Source: an uncultured Candidatus Rokubacteria bacterium
Lineage (GTDB): Bacteria; Methylomirabilota; Methylomirabilia; Rokubacteriales; DASRDR01
Length of the DNA stretch: 64,000 nucleotides
Assembly (NCBI GenBank): GCA_963826115.1
Contig: CAWGVS010000006.1
Location: 704,001 to 768,000, forward strand
Direction: 5' to 3'
The notes beneath the pieces were generated by a model. The model made no database searches and was not told the origin of the DNA. It worked only from the letters and a program-made list of their open reading frames with translations. Below, in pieces: positions 21,026 to 29,984 of this stretch; the first letter of the stretch is position 1; each line of letters begins with the position of its first letter. A program made the translations under genes and the position numbers.

Positions 21026-22021
21026 GTGACGAGGGCTCTCAGCTTCGTCGTGGCTGCGCCGACCAAGGTCGGTCGAAGCAGGATCGGCAAGAACCTAGGT
21101 GACGCGCTGAGACGCCTGGGCCAGCGCGTGACGTTCTTCGACTACGACCAAGAGCCTGCCCGGTATCGCCTGTGGCCTCGCGCGTTGAGGCCTCGGGATT
21201 GGCGGCAACGCCAGCTCGATCATGTCAATGCTCACGTCCTGGAGACGGCGCGGACGGTTCGCCCGGACATCTTCCTGTGCGTCAAGGGTGTGCAGTTCCG
21301 GCCGGAGACCATCCGCGCCATCGGGCGGCTCGGCGTGACGACGGTGGGCTACTGGATCGATGACCCGCTGGACCACGGCCGGTCGTTGATCAACGCACCC
21401 AGCTACGACCGGTACTTCACCATTGACGCGAGCTCGGTCGAGCGCTACCGCCGTGAGGGCATCGCGCGGATCGCGCATCTGCGGCTCGCGGCGGATCCCG
21501 AGATGTTTTTCCCGTTGCCGGCCGCCGGATGCACCATGGACGTGGCGTTCGTGGGCACGCATTCTTCCCGACGGGAGAGCATCGTGGTCGGTTTGCAGCA
21601 CGTCAATACCCACGTCTACGGAAGCGCAGCGTGGCGGACGGCGCCGATCGACGCGTCCCGCGTCCACCCGGGCGCTTTCGGATCCCGGACGAACGAGGTT
21701 CTGAACCGTGCTTGCATCAATCTGAATGTCCACACGTGGTTCGGACAGGGGTCGGGCATGAACCTCAGGGAGTTCGAGGTCCCGGCGTCCCGGGGATTCC
21801 TTCTGACAGACTGGGTGGCGGAGATCGACGGCGCCTATCGCGACGGTGAGCACGTGGTCTGCTGGCGGACGCCGGAGGATCTGCGCGCGAAGGTCGCATA
21901 TTACCTCGCGCACGAGGACGAGCGGCGCGCGATCGCGGCCCGCGGCTACGAGCACTTCTTGCGGCATCACACGTATGCGGCTCGGGCGAGCGAGCTGTTG
22001 GACCGGCTGGGTGAGACGTGA
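21026..22021 (+). CDS. Glycosyltransferase, CgeB/Glyco_trans_1_2 family
   Basis: PDIFLCVKG, WIDDP, DVAFVG, INLN, NLREFEVPASRGFLLT, HTYAARA. Confidence 0.85.
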   Translation: MTRALSFVVAAPTKVGRSRIGKNLGDALRRLGQRVTFFDYDQEPARYRLWPRALRPRDWRQRQLDHVNAHVLETARTVRPDIFLCVKGVQFRPETIRAIGRLGVTTVGYWIDDPLDHGRSLINAPSYDRYFTIDASSVERYRREGIARIAHLRLAADPEMFFPLPAAGCTMDVAFVGTHSSRRESIVVGLQHVNTHVYGSAAWRTAPIDASRVHPGAFGSRTNEVLNRACINLNVHTWFGQGSGMNLREFEVPASRGFLLTDWVAEIDGAYRDGEHVVCWRTPEDLRAKVAYYLAHEDERRAIAARGYEHFLRHHTYAARASELLDRLGET

Positions 22022-22205
22022 TCACTGGCCGGGTTGCTCGGATCACGAGGCCGGTTCCTCCGGATGCGGTGAATGTCGATGGGGGCTCTGACCGTCTCCT
22101 CGTGAACGATGACGGGGGAGAGACGGGCGCACTCGATTCGAGCGCGCCGACCCCGGGTGGCGCCGTCGAGCCGCCGGCCAGGGCGCCGCGTCCCCTGGTG
22201 GCGGT

Positions 22206-23288
22206 GTGCCATCGCCCGTCGTCGGCTCGTTCGTGAACGGATCGGCCCGCGAGTCGTCCTCGGTGCTCGCCGGCTGGGCTTTACCTGGGAAGCACGTGCG
22301 GAGGCTCCTGGCCCGCTTCCCGGTTGTCAGGTGGTACGCACGGTGGCTCATCCGGCTCGGGCGCGCCCTGGCCTACCGGGTTCGACGACGTCTGGGCTGG
22401 CTACCCGTAGTCCGCGGCTCGTCGCGGGCCCGGCTCGGAATCTACGTCGGCTACTTCGACGCCGCCGAGATCTTCGGGCTTCACCTGGATGCGTTTCGCA
22501 ACAACACGACCGGCCCCTTCAACTACTACGTGATGAAGAACTGCACGACGTTCGAGGAAGCGCGTCGATTCGATGCCATCGTGGCGGAGTACGACTTCCC
22601 GACGGTCTTCAGCACGTGGCCCGCGCACGAGCCGTTCGCGCACGACGAGTCCCTGCAGAGGATGGTGGACCAGACGAGCGACGAGATCATCGTGGTGTGC
22701 GACGTCGACGCGTTCCCGATCGTGCGAGGCTGGGACGACTTCATCCTGCGCGAGCTGCAGACGAAGGATGCGGTCGGCGCGATCGTGCACATTCCCGAGC
22801 GCAGCAAGATCCAAACGTTCCTGCATCCATGCTTTCTGGCTTTTCGGAGGTCCTTCCTCGAGACCAACGCGCTCAGCCTCCGTCGTCGCCGCGGCGCGGA
22901 GCCCTGCTGCCGGATCACCGAGTACCTGCTAGAGAGGGGGCGATTCCACGAGGGTCACGTGACACCCCTGTTGCCGACCGCGCACGAGGTGGAGCTGTGG
23001 CCGGGATTCCGGCACGATCCCGTGTTCGGATCCGAGAACGTCCGACATGGGTTCGGCACCACCTATGGCAGCCTGGTGCTGCACCTCTGGTTCTGGCGGA
23101 TCGTCGCGAGGCGGCGGCCGGTGAGGAATGCCGCCGGATCGATCCTGATCGAGGTCGAACAGATGGAGAAGGTGCTCGAGTCGATCCGGTCCAAGTTCGG
23201 CAGCCCGGAGCGCCTGTCGTCGTCGCGAGGTCCGGGCGACGCGTCGCGGGCCGCGCGCGCGGCGCACCAGCCCGGGGGCGACGCGTGA
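22206..23288 (+). CDS. Hypothetical protein, probable divergent GT-A glycosyltransferase
   Basis: Coding-like composition; IIVVCDVDAFP (DxD), LHPCFL; glycan-cluster context; start uncertain. Confidence 0.6.
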   Translation: MPSPVVGSFVNGSARESSSVLAGWALPGKHVRRLLARFPVVRWYARWLIRLGRALAYRVRRRLGWLPVVRGSSRARLGIYVGYFDAAEIFGLHLDAFRNNTTGPFNYYVMKNCTTFEEARRFDAIVAEYDFPTVFSTWPAHEPFAHDESLQRMVDQTSDEIIVVCDVDAFPIVRGWDDFILRELQTKDAVGAIVHIPERSKIQTFLHPCFLAFRRSFLETNALSLRRRRGAEPCCRITEYLLERGRFHEGHVTPLLPTAHEVELWPGFRHDPVFGSENVRHGFGTTYGSLVLHLWFWRIVARRRPVRNAAGSILIEVEQMEKVLESIRSKFGSPERLSSSRGPGDASRAARAAHQPGGDA

Positions 23289-23475
23289 CGTCGTCGCACG
23301 AGACGTCCGGCGGCTGACCTGGTCGGCGTTCACCGGTTCTGCGTCGTGCCTCAACGCCTCCGGCGTCACCTGCTCGCAGGCTGGGCGCCAAGATAGGCGT
23401 GGCCGTTCACTGGAGTCTGCTCGCCTGCGGGCCCGATCGCCCTGCGCTCGATGGGGCGGGGCCGCGACGCGCCGG

Positions 23476-24348
23476 CTACGGCCGGGCGCGGCGCCACTGC
23501 CAGCGCCGCCAGAGCCGGGTCAGGAGGGAAGGAGGCGGGGTCCCGGCCGGCGGCCGGGGCCGGCGAAGGTCCGCGACGACCTCGAACGGGGATCGGAGGA
23601 AGATCCTCGAATAGGCTGCGTGCGGACCGCGCTCTTCCCAGAGCCGGCGCTTGTGCGCGAACAGCTCGGCGTTGTGTCCGCGGTCTCGCGGCAGGGAGTG
23701 GTAGCCCCGCTCGTGGTCGATGGCGCGCCGCTTCACGGGCCCTCCGGGAAACATGCGGATGCGCGTCCCGTGGTGGCGGTGCCATCGCCGGAAGAGGTCG
23801 TCCTCCAGGCCGTAGTGGCCGCAGAACTCCTCGTCGTAGCCGAACAGCTCGAGGTAGCGGCCTCGCGACAGCAGGAAGGTGTTCAGGTGACGTCGCGTGT
23901 GGGCCCCGCCCTCGTCGAGCCGGAAGAACATGTACATGGTGCGCCGCAGCTCGCCCAGGTCGACGATGCGCCGAAGCGTGTCCTCCGGGAACTCGTGGTC
24001 CACGTCCGTCAGCAGGAGCTTGTCCGAGCGCGCGTAGACGGCGCCGAGGTTCCTGGCCGCCGCGTGATTCCAGGGCACGTCCTCGGGTATCCGCAGGAGC
24101 AGGACATTGAGGTCGAGATCGGCGGGGAGCGTGACCGGGACGGGAGAGCCGTCGTCGATGAGCAGGAACTGGATCCGGTCGAGGACATACCCCGAATATG
24201 ACGCGTAGCGGCGGAGAAGCTCTGGCACCGACGAGGAGTCCGTCTGGTTGAAGTAGAACGTCGTGACGTAGGAGAGCCCGATGTGGGCGAAGCCCGCGGG
24301 CGCGGCGGGCTCGCCGCGGCTGTCAGCCGAGCAGGGATTCGATGTCAT
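23476..24348 (-). CDS. Glycosyltransferase (GT2/GT7C-like)
   Basis: LIDDGSP, WNHAAARNLG, LTDVDH, GYDEEFCGHYGLEDD; ATG 24348 overlapping upstream gene is inferred. Confidence 0.8.
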   Translation of the reverse strand: MTSNPCSADSRGEPAAPAGFAHIGLSYVTTFYFNQTDSSSVPELLRRYASYSGYVLDRIQFLLIDDGSPVPVTLPADLDLNVLLLRIPEDVPWNHAAARNLGAVYARSDKLLLTDVDHEFPEDTLRRIVDLGELRRTMYMFFRLDEGGAHTRRHLNTFLLSRGRYLELFGYDEEFCGHYGLEDDLFRRWHRHHGTRIRMFPGGPVKRRAIDHERGYHSLPRDRGHNAELFAHKRRLWEERGPHAAYSRIFLRSPFEVVADLRRPRPPAGTPPPSLLTRLWRRWQWRRARP

Positions 24349-25270
24349 CGAATGCGTGCTCGACGAGATGGTTGGCGAGGACCCGCTCGTGCGCCCGGGC
24401 GACCTGGACCGGGTCGGGCGTGAAGGACGCGAGGAGACGCACCAGATCCTCGTAGGTGGCATACACCGTCCCGCAGTCCCTCAGGTCATGCGCGCCGGCG
24501 ATGTCGCGCGCGGCCCAGGGCGTGCGGTTGAGCATCGCCTCGAGGAGCACCAGCCCGAAGCCTTCGGAGCGACTGTTCATGACGTAGAGATCGGCCTCGC
24601 ACATCGCATCGAGGACGTCCTGGTGCTCGGGCGACACGACCACGCGCACTCCGGGAGCGTCATCCGGCACGCCGCGCCGCAGGTCGTAGCCCATCAGGAC
24701 CAGGGTGGTGTCCGGAGGGTGGCTTTCGAGGAACGCCCGCGTGAGCTCCTCCATGCCCTTGCGGGGCCAGAACCCGCCCGCGGAGAGGTACATCCTGGAG
24801 GTCCGGATCCCGCGCGCGGCCTTGAATCCCGGCCGCCCCGTCGTCGAGGCGGGCACTCCATACCGGCAACGCATCGCCTTGGTCGCGTGCCCGAAGCGCC
24901 GGATGTGCTCGAGGTCGAACGAGGTGCCCCATCCCAGGAAACTGGCGCGGGCCATGCCCTGGAGGACGTGGTCGCGGGTCTTGGGCTCGACGAGCAGAAA
25001 GAGGACGGGACTCGGCAGCCGATGCGCCTTGGCCAGTACCTCTCTCTGAGGGGAGAGGTCGCCGTGCACGACGATCAGATCGAACGGCTCGCGCACGATG
25101 CGGCGGTCGCTGGTGACACGCACGCCCCTGTAGTCGCCACGGTGCGTATCGGCGAGGACCACCACGTTGTGACCTCGGCGCAGCGCCTCCTCGGCGAGAC
25201 GCTGGACGTTGTGCTCGCTGCCGCCCGGGTAGGGGGCGTACCGATGCACGACGAACAGCAGCCTGCTCAT
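24323..25270 (-). CDS. Glycosyltransferase family 4
   Basis: VVHRYAPYPGGSE, GGFWPRKGM, NSRSEGFGLVLLEAM. Confidence 0.85.
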   Translation of the reverse strand: MSRLLFVVHRYAPYPGGSEHNVQRLAEEALRRGHNVVVLADTHRGDYRGVRVTSDRRIVREPFDLIVVHGDLSPQREVLAKAHRLPSPVLFLLVEPKTRDHVLQGMARASFLGWGTSFDLEHIRRFGHATKAMRCRYGVPASTTGRPGFKAARGIRTSRMYLSAGGFWPRKGMEELTRAFLESHPPDTTLVLMGYDLRRGVPDDAPGVRVVVSPEHQDVLDAMCEADLYVMNSRSEGFGLVLLEAMLNRTPWAARDIAGAHDLRDCGTVYATYEDLVRLLASFTPDPVQVARAHERVLANHLVEHAFDDIESLLG

Positions 25271-25522
25271 CGGGTGGGCATCGCCCGGGCGGGATTGTAT
25301 CATTGGCCGGCCAACGTCGAATCGTCGTGCCTCGAGGCGGTGGAAGAAGACGGCGGAAGACCGAGTGACGGCTTCGCCCTGGCGCGCCCGTGTCACGAAG
25401 GCGTGATCCACGACCGAACCAGTCGTCGGTCGCGGACGTGACCTGCGTTTCCGAGTGACGGGAGCTCGTGCTCCGGAGACTTTCACGACTGAATGGTGCT
25501 TCTGAACCGGGAGGAGTAGGCA

Positions 25523-26680
25523 ATGACGCAGCCGTTCAACGGCCTCGGCCTCGGCATGGGCAACCTGGCGCGCCTGTCCCGCGCGAAGTCGCGCTCGATC
25601 AGCGCGGAGAACTTCACCGGCGCCAAGGGTGCGGGCGGCATGGCGACCGAGGGGACCGGCGCCGTGGCGGCGAAGGACCTCGGCCGGGGCTGGAAGGTGT
25701 CGCCCTCCGTCCGGATCGAGCCCCACCAGACGTTCACGGTCGCGGAGATCCAGGGGCCGGGCGCGATCCAGCAGATCTGGATGACGGCCTTCCCGGGATT
25801 CTGGCGGAGCGCGGTGCTCCGGATGTACTGGGACGGCGAGGCGACACCCTCGGTCGAGACGCCGCTCGGCGATTTCTTCGGGGCGGGGTGGACCGAGCGC
25901 TGCCGGATGAGCTCGCTGGCGGTCTGCGTCAATCCGGCCGGTGGCTTCAACTGCTACTGGGAGATGCCGTTCCGGCGGAGCGCGCGGATCACCATCGAGA
26001 ACCGCGGCGAGGACCCGATGACCCTCTACTACCAGGTCAACTACACGCTGACCGACGTCCCCGAGGACATGGCGTACTTCCACGCCCAGTGGCGGCGGAG
26101 CAATCCCTTGCCCTACAAGGAGGTCCACACGCTCCTCGAGGGCGTGCGGGGCCACGGCCACTACGTGGGGACCTACCTCGCGTGGGGCGTCCACAGCAAC
26201 GGCTGGTGGGGCGAGGGCGAGATCAAGTTCTTCATGGACGGGGACGGGGAGTTCCCGACGATCTGCGGCACCGGCACCGAGGACTACTTCGGCGGGGCGT
26301 GGGACTTCGAGGAGCCGGGCGCGGTGTACGGGGTCTTCTCGACTCCCTATTCGGGGCTCCACGAGGTGCAGACGCCGTCGTCCATGTTCCGCACGCAGCA
26401 GCGCTTCGGGATGTACCGCTGGCACGTCATGGACCCCGTCCGCTTCGAGCAGGACCTCCGGGTCACCATCCAGGCGCTCGGCTGGCGCCCCGACCGCGCC
26501 AACCTGCCCGCCCAGGCCCTGAGCAAGGTGATGCTCGATCGTCTCCAGGGCGGCTGGCGCCCCGCCAAGCACTACCTCCCGCTCCAGGACGACATCGCCT
26601 CGACCGCGTTCTGGTACCAGACGGAGCCCCACGCGCCGTTCCCGGCGCTCCCGGCGCACGAGAAGCTCGAGGTGATCTGA
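25523..26680 (+). CDS. Glycoside hydrolase family 172 (DUF2961)
   Basis: SRSISAENFTGAKG, QIWMT, PSVETPLGDFF, NCYWEMPF, WWGEGEIKFF, GTGTEDYF; GGAGG RBS. Confidence 0.92.
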   Translation: MTQPFNGLGLGMGNLARLSRAKSRSISAENFTGAKGAGGMATEGTGAVAAKDLGRGWKVSPSVRIEPHQTFTVAEIQGPGAIQQIWMTAFPGFWRSAVLRMYWDGEATPSVETPLGDFFGAGWTERCRMSSLAVCVNPAGGFNCYWEMPFRRSARITIENRGEDPMTLYYQVNYTLTDVPEDMAYFHAQWRRSNPLPYKEVHTLLEGVRGHGHYVGTYLAWGVHSNGWWGEGEIKFFMDGDGEFPTICGTGTEDYFGGAWDFEEPGAVYGVFSTPYSGLHEVQTPSSMFRTQQRFGMYRWHVMDPVRFEQDLRVTIQALGWRPDRANLPAQALSKVMLDRLQGGWRPAKHYLPLQDDIASTAFWYQTEPHAPFPALPAHEKLEVI

Positions 26681-26746
26681 CGGTGCCGACGCGGCCCATC
26701 ACGGAGGGCGGACGCTGACGTCGCCCGCCAGAAGGAGACGATCCTG

Positions 26747-27571
26747 ATGCCGATGGCTCGCGGACCGGATCCGGCCTCGATCGGGCAGTACTGGGGGCGC
26801 GACGGTCTCGGCCAGCGAATCCTGGACGCGCTCCGCGCGGCGGGGAAGGACCTGGGTGCGCTCACCGTCGACGACGTCGCGCCCGCCGACCACTTCCACG
26901 GCGGCGGGAAGGCGGCGACCGACCGGCTAGCGCGCCTCGCCTCCCCGCCGCCGGGGACCCGGGTGCTGGACGTCGGCGGCGGGCTGGGCGGCCCGGCCCG
27001 CACGCTCGCGGTGAGCTACGGCTGTCGGGTCACGGTGCTCGACCTCACCGAGTCCTACGTGCGGGCGGGGGAGCGCCTCACCGAGCTGCTCCGCCTGGGC
27101 GACCGGGTGAGCCACCAGGTCGGCAACGCGCTCGAGCTGCCGTTTCCCGACGGCGCGTTCGACATGGTGTGGACCCAGAACAGCGGGATGAACATCGCCG
27201 ACAAGGAGCGGCTCTACGGGGGCGTCCGTCGCGTGCTGCGCCCGGGCGGCGTGCTCGCGTTCCAGGAGCCGATGGCGGGCCCGGGCGGCCCGCCGATCTT
27301 CCCGATGATGTGGGCGCGCGACGCCTCGCAGAGCTTCCTGCGCGCGCCCGGCGAGATGCGGGCGCTCCTCGAGGCCACCGGCTTCCGCGTACGTGAGTGG
27401 CACGACGTGACCACCGACACCTCGGTCGCCACGCCGCCGGCCGCCCTTCCGGCCTACGCCATCTCGAAGCTGGTCATGGGCGACGCGCTCGAAGAAATCA
27501 TGGCGGCCGGGCAGCGGAGCCGCGACGAGCGGCGCGTGCTGATGATCCACGCGGTCTGCGACCGGCCCTGA
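26747..27571 (+). CDS. Class I SAM-dependent methyltransferase
   Basis: DHFHGGG, VLDVGGGLGGPAR, LPFPDGAFD, MNIADK, VLRPGG. Confidence 0.88.
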   Translation: MPMARGPDPASIGQYWGRDGLGQRILDALRAAGKDLGALTVDDVAPADHFHGGGKAATDRLARLASPPPGTRVLDVGGGLGGPARTLAVSYGCRVTVLDLTESYVRAGERLTELLRLGDRVSHQVGNALELPFPDGAFDMVWTQNSGMNIADKERLYGGVRRVLRPGGVLAFQEPMAGPGGPPIFPMMWARDASQSFLRAPGEMRALLEATGFRVREWHDVTTDTSVATPPAALPAYAISKLVMGDALEEIMAAGQRSRDERRVLMIHAVCDRP

Positions 27572-27625
27572 CGGCGCCGGCGCCACGGCGAGCGCCGTGG
27601 CGGGGATCCGCGACCGCGCGCTGGC

Positions 27626-28009
27626 TCAGAGGCTGCGCTTCCGACCTCGCAAGCCGCGGCGGCTGCCCTTGCGCTTGACCGGTCGCCCGCCCGCAGGCGG
27701 CCGATCCCGCCCGAAGCTCGGGACGCGCGGCTCGAACGACCGCGGGCCCGCCGAGCGGGGCGGCCGGTCCTCGGCCGCGTTGACCGTCAGCCGGCGCCCC
27801 TCGACCTCGCGGTCGTTGAAGAGCTGGATCGCCGTGGCGGCCTCGGACTCGGAGGCGAACTGGACGAACGCGAAGCCCCGGGGCCGCCCGGTCTCGCGAT
27901 CGGAGGGCAGGTAGACCTCGACGACGTTGCCCGCCTCGGACAGGAGCGCGGTCAGCGAATCAGCGGTGGTGCCGAAGGTGAGATTCCCGACGAAGATGCG
28001 GGTCGCGAT
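27626..28009 (-). CDS. RNA recognition motif (RRM) RNA-binding protein with basic tail; apparent ATC start (absent from ORF track)
   Basis: Manual translation: (I)ATRIFVGNLTF (RNP2)...DRETGRPRGFAFVQF (RNP1)...GRRLTVNAA...KRKGSRRGLRGRKRSL*; GGGAGG 8 nt before ATC. Confidence 0.88.
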   Translation of the reverse strand: MATRIFVGNLTFGTTADSLTALLSEAGNVVEVYLPSDRETGRPRGFAFVQFASESEAATAIQLFNDREVEGRRLTVNAAEDRPPRSAGPRSFEPRVPSFGRDRPPAGGRPVKRKGSRRGLRGRKRSL

Positions 28010-28067
28010 GGCTCGTTCCTCCCGTGTCGTTTAGAGTCCGGTCGTGTCGGTCACTGGCGAGGGTCCC

Positions 28068-28265
28068 TCAGGCGCCCTCGCGGCGGGCTTCGCGGGCCGC
28101 CGCGGCGGCCCGGATCTCCTCGGCGAACATGCCCACGTGGAGCGGACAGGGGGGCGCATTCGCCTCGACGTACTGGCACTCGTCCTGGTCGCACTGGACG
28201 AAGTGCTCGCCCGGCCCCATGAGACGGGTCAGCCGCGTCAGCCGGATGTGCACGGGCTCCGACAC
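28068..28265 (-). CDS. Small hypothetical Cys/His-containing protein (65 aa)
   Basis: CDQDEC...CPLH motif, GC3-rich codons. Confidence 0.6.
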   Translation of the reverse strand: MSEPVHIRLTRLTRLMGPGEHFVQCDQDECQYVEANAPPCPLHVGMFAEEIRAAAAAREARREGA

Positions 28266-28414
28266 GACGGGACACCAGAACTCGCGGGCACGGCCTGCGC
28301 GCAGCTCTCAGGCCCTCATGGCCGGCGGACGCGCGCGGCGGTCGCCGGTGCGATCAAACACCCCGGGCGCCCCCGCCTCGCGTACGAGCATCAGCGCGGC
28401 AATCACGCGGGGCT

Positions 28415-28645
28415 TCAGGATGCGCGGCCGAGCCGCTCGAGATGCTTGGCCAGCTTCGCGGGCTCGATGTACTCGTCCTGGCGGCCGGACATGGTCAATC
28501 GGTATCCGCGCTCGCCCTCGTGCTTCCACATCGTGATCAGCCCGGCCTGGTATGCGGCGATCAGCGCCGCGCGATCCGTCGGGGGCGTATCGACGGGTGC
28601 CGGAGCTGGTGAAACCACGGCCTTTGTTCGCTTTCGTGTCGCCAT
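28415..28645 (-). CDS. Small hypothetical protein (76 aa)
   Basis: GAGGGAG RBS before ATG; protein-like sequence (LIAAYQAGLITMWK...EYIE). Confidence 0.6.
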   Translation of the reverse strand: MATRKRTKAVVSPAPAPVDTPPTDRAALIAAYQAGLITMWKHEGERGYRLTMSGRQDEYIEPAKLAKHLERLGRAS

Positions 28646-28985
28646 GATCGGCACTCCCTCGCCAGGTTGCCATCCGGTGGCGGATCGAACGCGTGTCCGC
28701 CAGGCAGCTCAACCGGCACGTGACAGGCTCGGTCCCGCGTGGTCGCTGAGGATGACAGAGGCCCGGTCGTCCTGCGCGTGAACGGCATCGGCCGCCACGG
28801 AAGACCGGATCAGTCTCCCGAGACGGCAGCTCATGCGGGACACGACCGTGACCGAACGCGGTGTTCCGCGCGCGCCGGCGTGGCCATCCCGTGGCCGGTG
28901 TCATCTCGGTGGTGACGTGAATGCTCCACACGCGGCCGCCTCATCGGCGGGGAGATCTCGAGAGCGTGCGGACGCGGGTAGGACC

Positions 28986-29014
28986 TTGACCCCACTGCTC
29001 TAGTGTACTACTGT
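28986..29014 (+). promoter_or_regulatory. Putative sigma70 promoter TTGACC-N17-TACTGT
   Basis: Near-consensus boxes with 17-nt spacer in an AT-richer patch. Confidence 0.5.
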
Positions 29015-29493
29015 GGTCATACAGCGCAACGTGCCCATTCGGGGCGGTTTCGCCATGCGTGCCGCGTGGGTTCTCGTGAGGCTCTAACCGGGTGGCTTGC
29101 CGGGCCCGTCGGCGATGCGAATGCCACGGGTTGAAGTGGACCTCATCCTCGACCTCGCCGGGAGCGTTGCCAGCGCCGCAAGCGGCGGGGCCCTCGGGGA
29201 GACGGCGGGAGCGGAATGCTCGTGTTGACGCTCGTCACATTCCTCGGCGTCGCCCGCGCGGCGGAAGATGTGGTGAGACTCGCGGGGAGCTGAGTAGGGC
29301 GGGGCAGGTGGAGCTTCTGGCCAGCCCGAGTCCGAGTGGCGATCGCGGACCTCTGCGAGCGCGCCCTCCAAGGATCCCGGGGCGGTATCCACGAATCTGT
29401 CATCGCGGCATGTCCCGCATCGGACTCCGGGCCGAGCTCCTCGCGGTCGCCGCGTCGCGACCGGGAGTGACGCGGGTCTCGCCCCCGGGAAGA

Positions 29494-29772
29494 ATGCGGA
29501 TGACGGTCCGAGAGTTGCCGTGCTGGCCGCCGAACTGGCGCGCGGTGGCCACGGGGGCGAGCCACGGGGCCAGGGGCGAGCGCGGTGTCCTCATGGCGGC
29601 GCGGGGGGATCCCACGGCTGAGTCCCTGACCCTGACGATGGAAGACGCCGGCGACCGGTACGTCGCGGTCCTGCGCGACGACGTGCGGGTCCTGACGGGC
29701 CTCACCCGCTTGCTCGACTGGCACCTCGGCCGGTCCTTGGCGCAGATCGCCAGCCTGGAGGTGCGCCTGTAG
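29494..29772 (+). CDS. Small hypothetical protein
   Basis: 3' part of ORF 29092..29772 reads as a globular protein (WPPNW...GERGVL...IASLEV). Confidence 0.5.
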   Translation: MRMTVRELPCWPPNWRAVATGASHGARGERGVLMAARGDPTAESLTLTMEDAGDRYVAVLRDDVRVLTGLTRLLDWHLGRSLAQIASLEVRL

Positions 29773-29984
29773 TGAGTCCGGGAGCAACGGGAAGGGCCGG
29801 AGGCTCATCCGGCGGCACGGCAGGGCAGCGGCGAATGCCGTGCCGATCGTCTCGGCGGGTCCGACGGTCTCCGAGCGATGCTGGCCACGCCTGAGTGCTG
29901 ACCGGTTCCCGTCGCCCGCGCGTCCGAGCCGTGTCATATTCGCTTGCCGATACGCCCTCCAGGCTCTAGACTCGCGGGCGGCCG

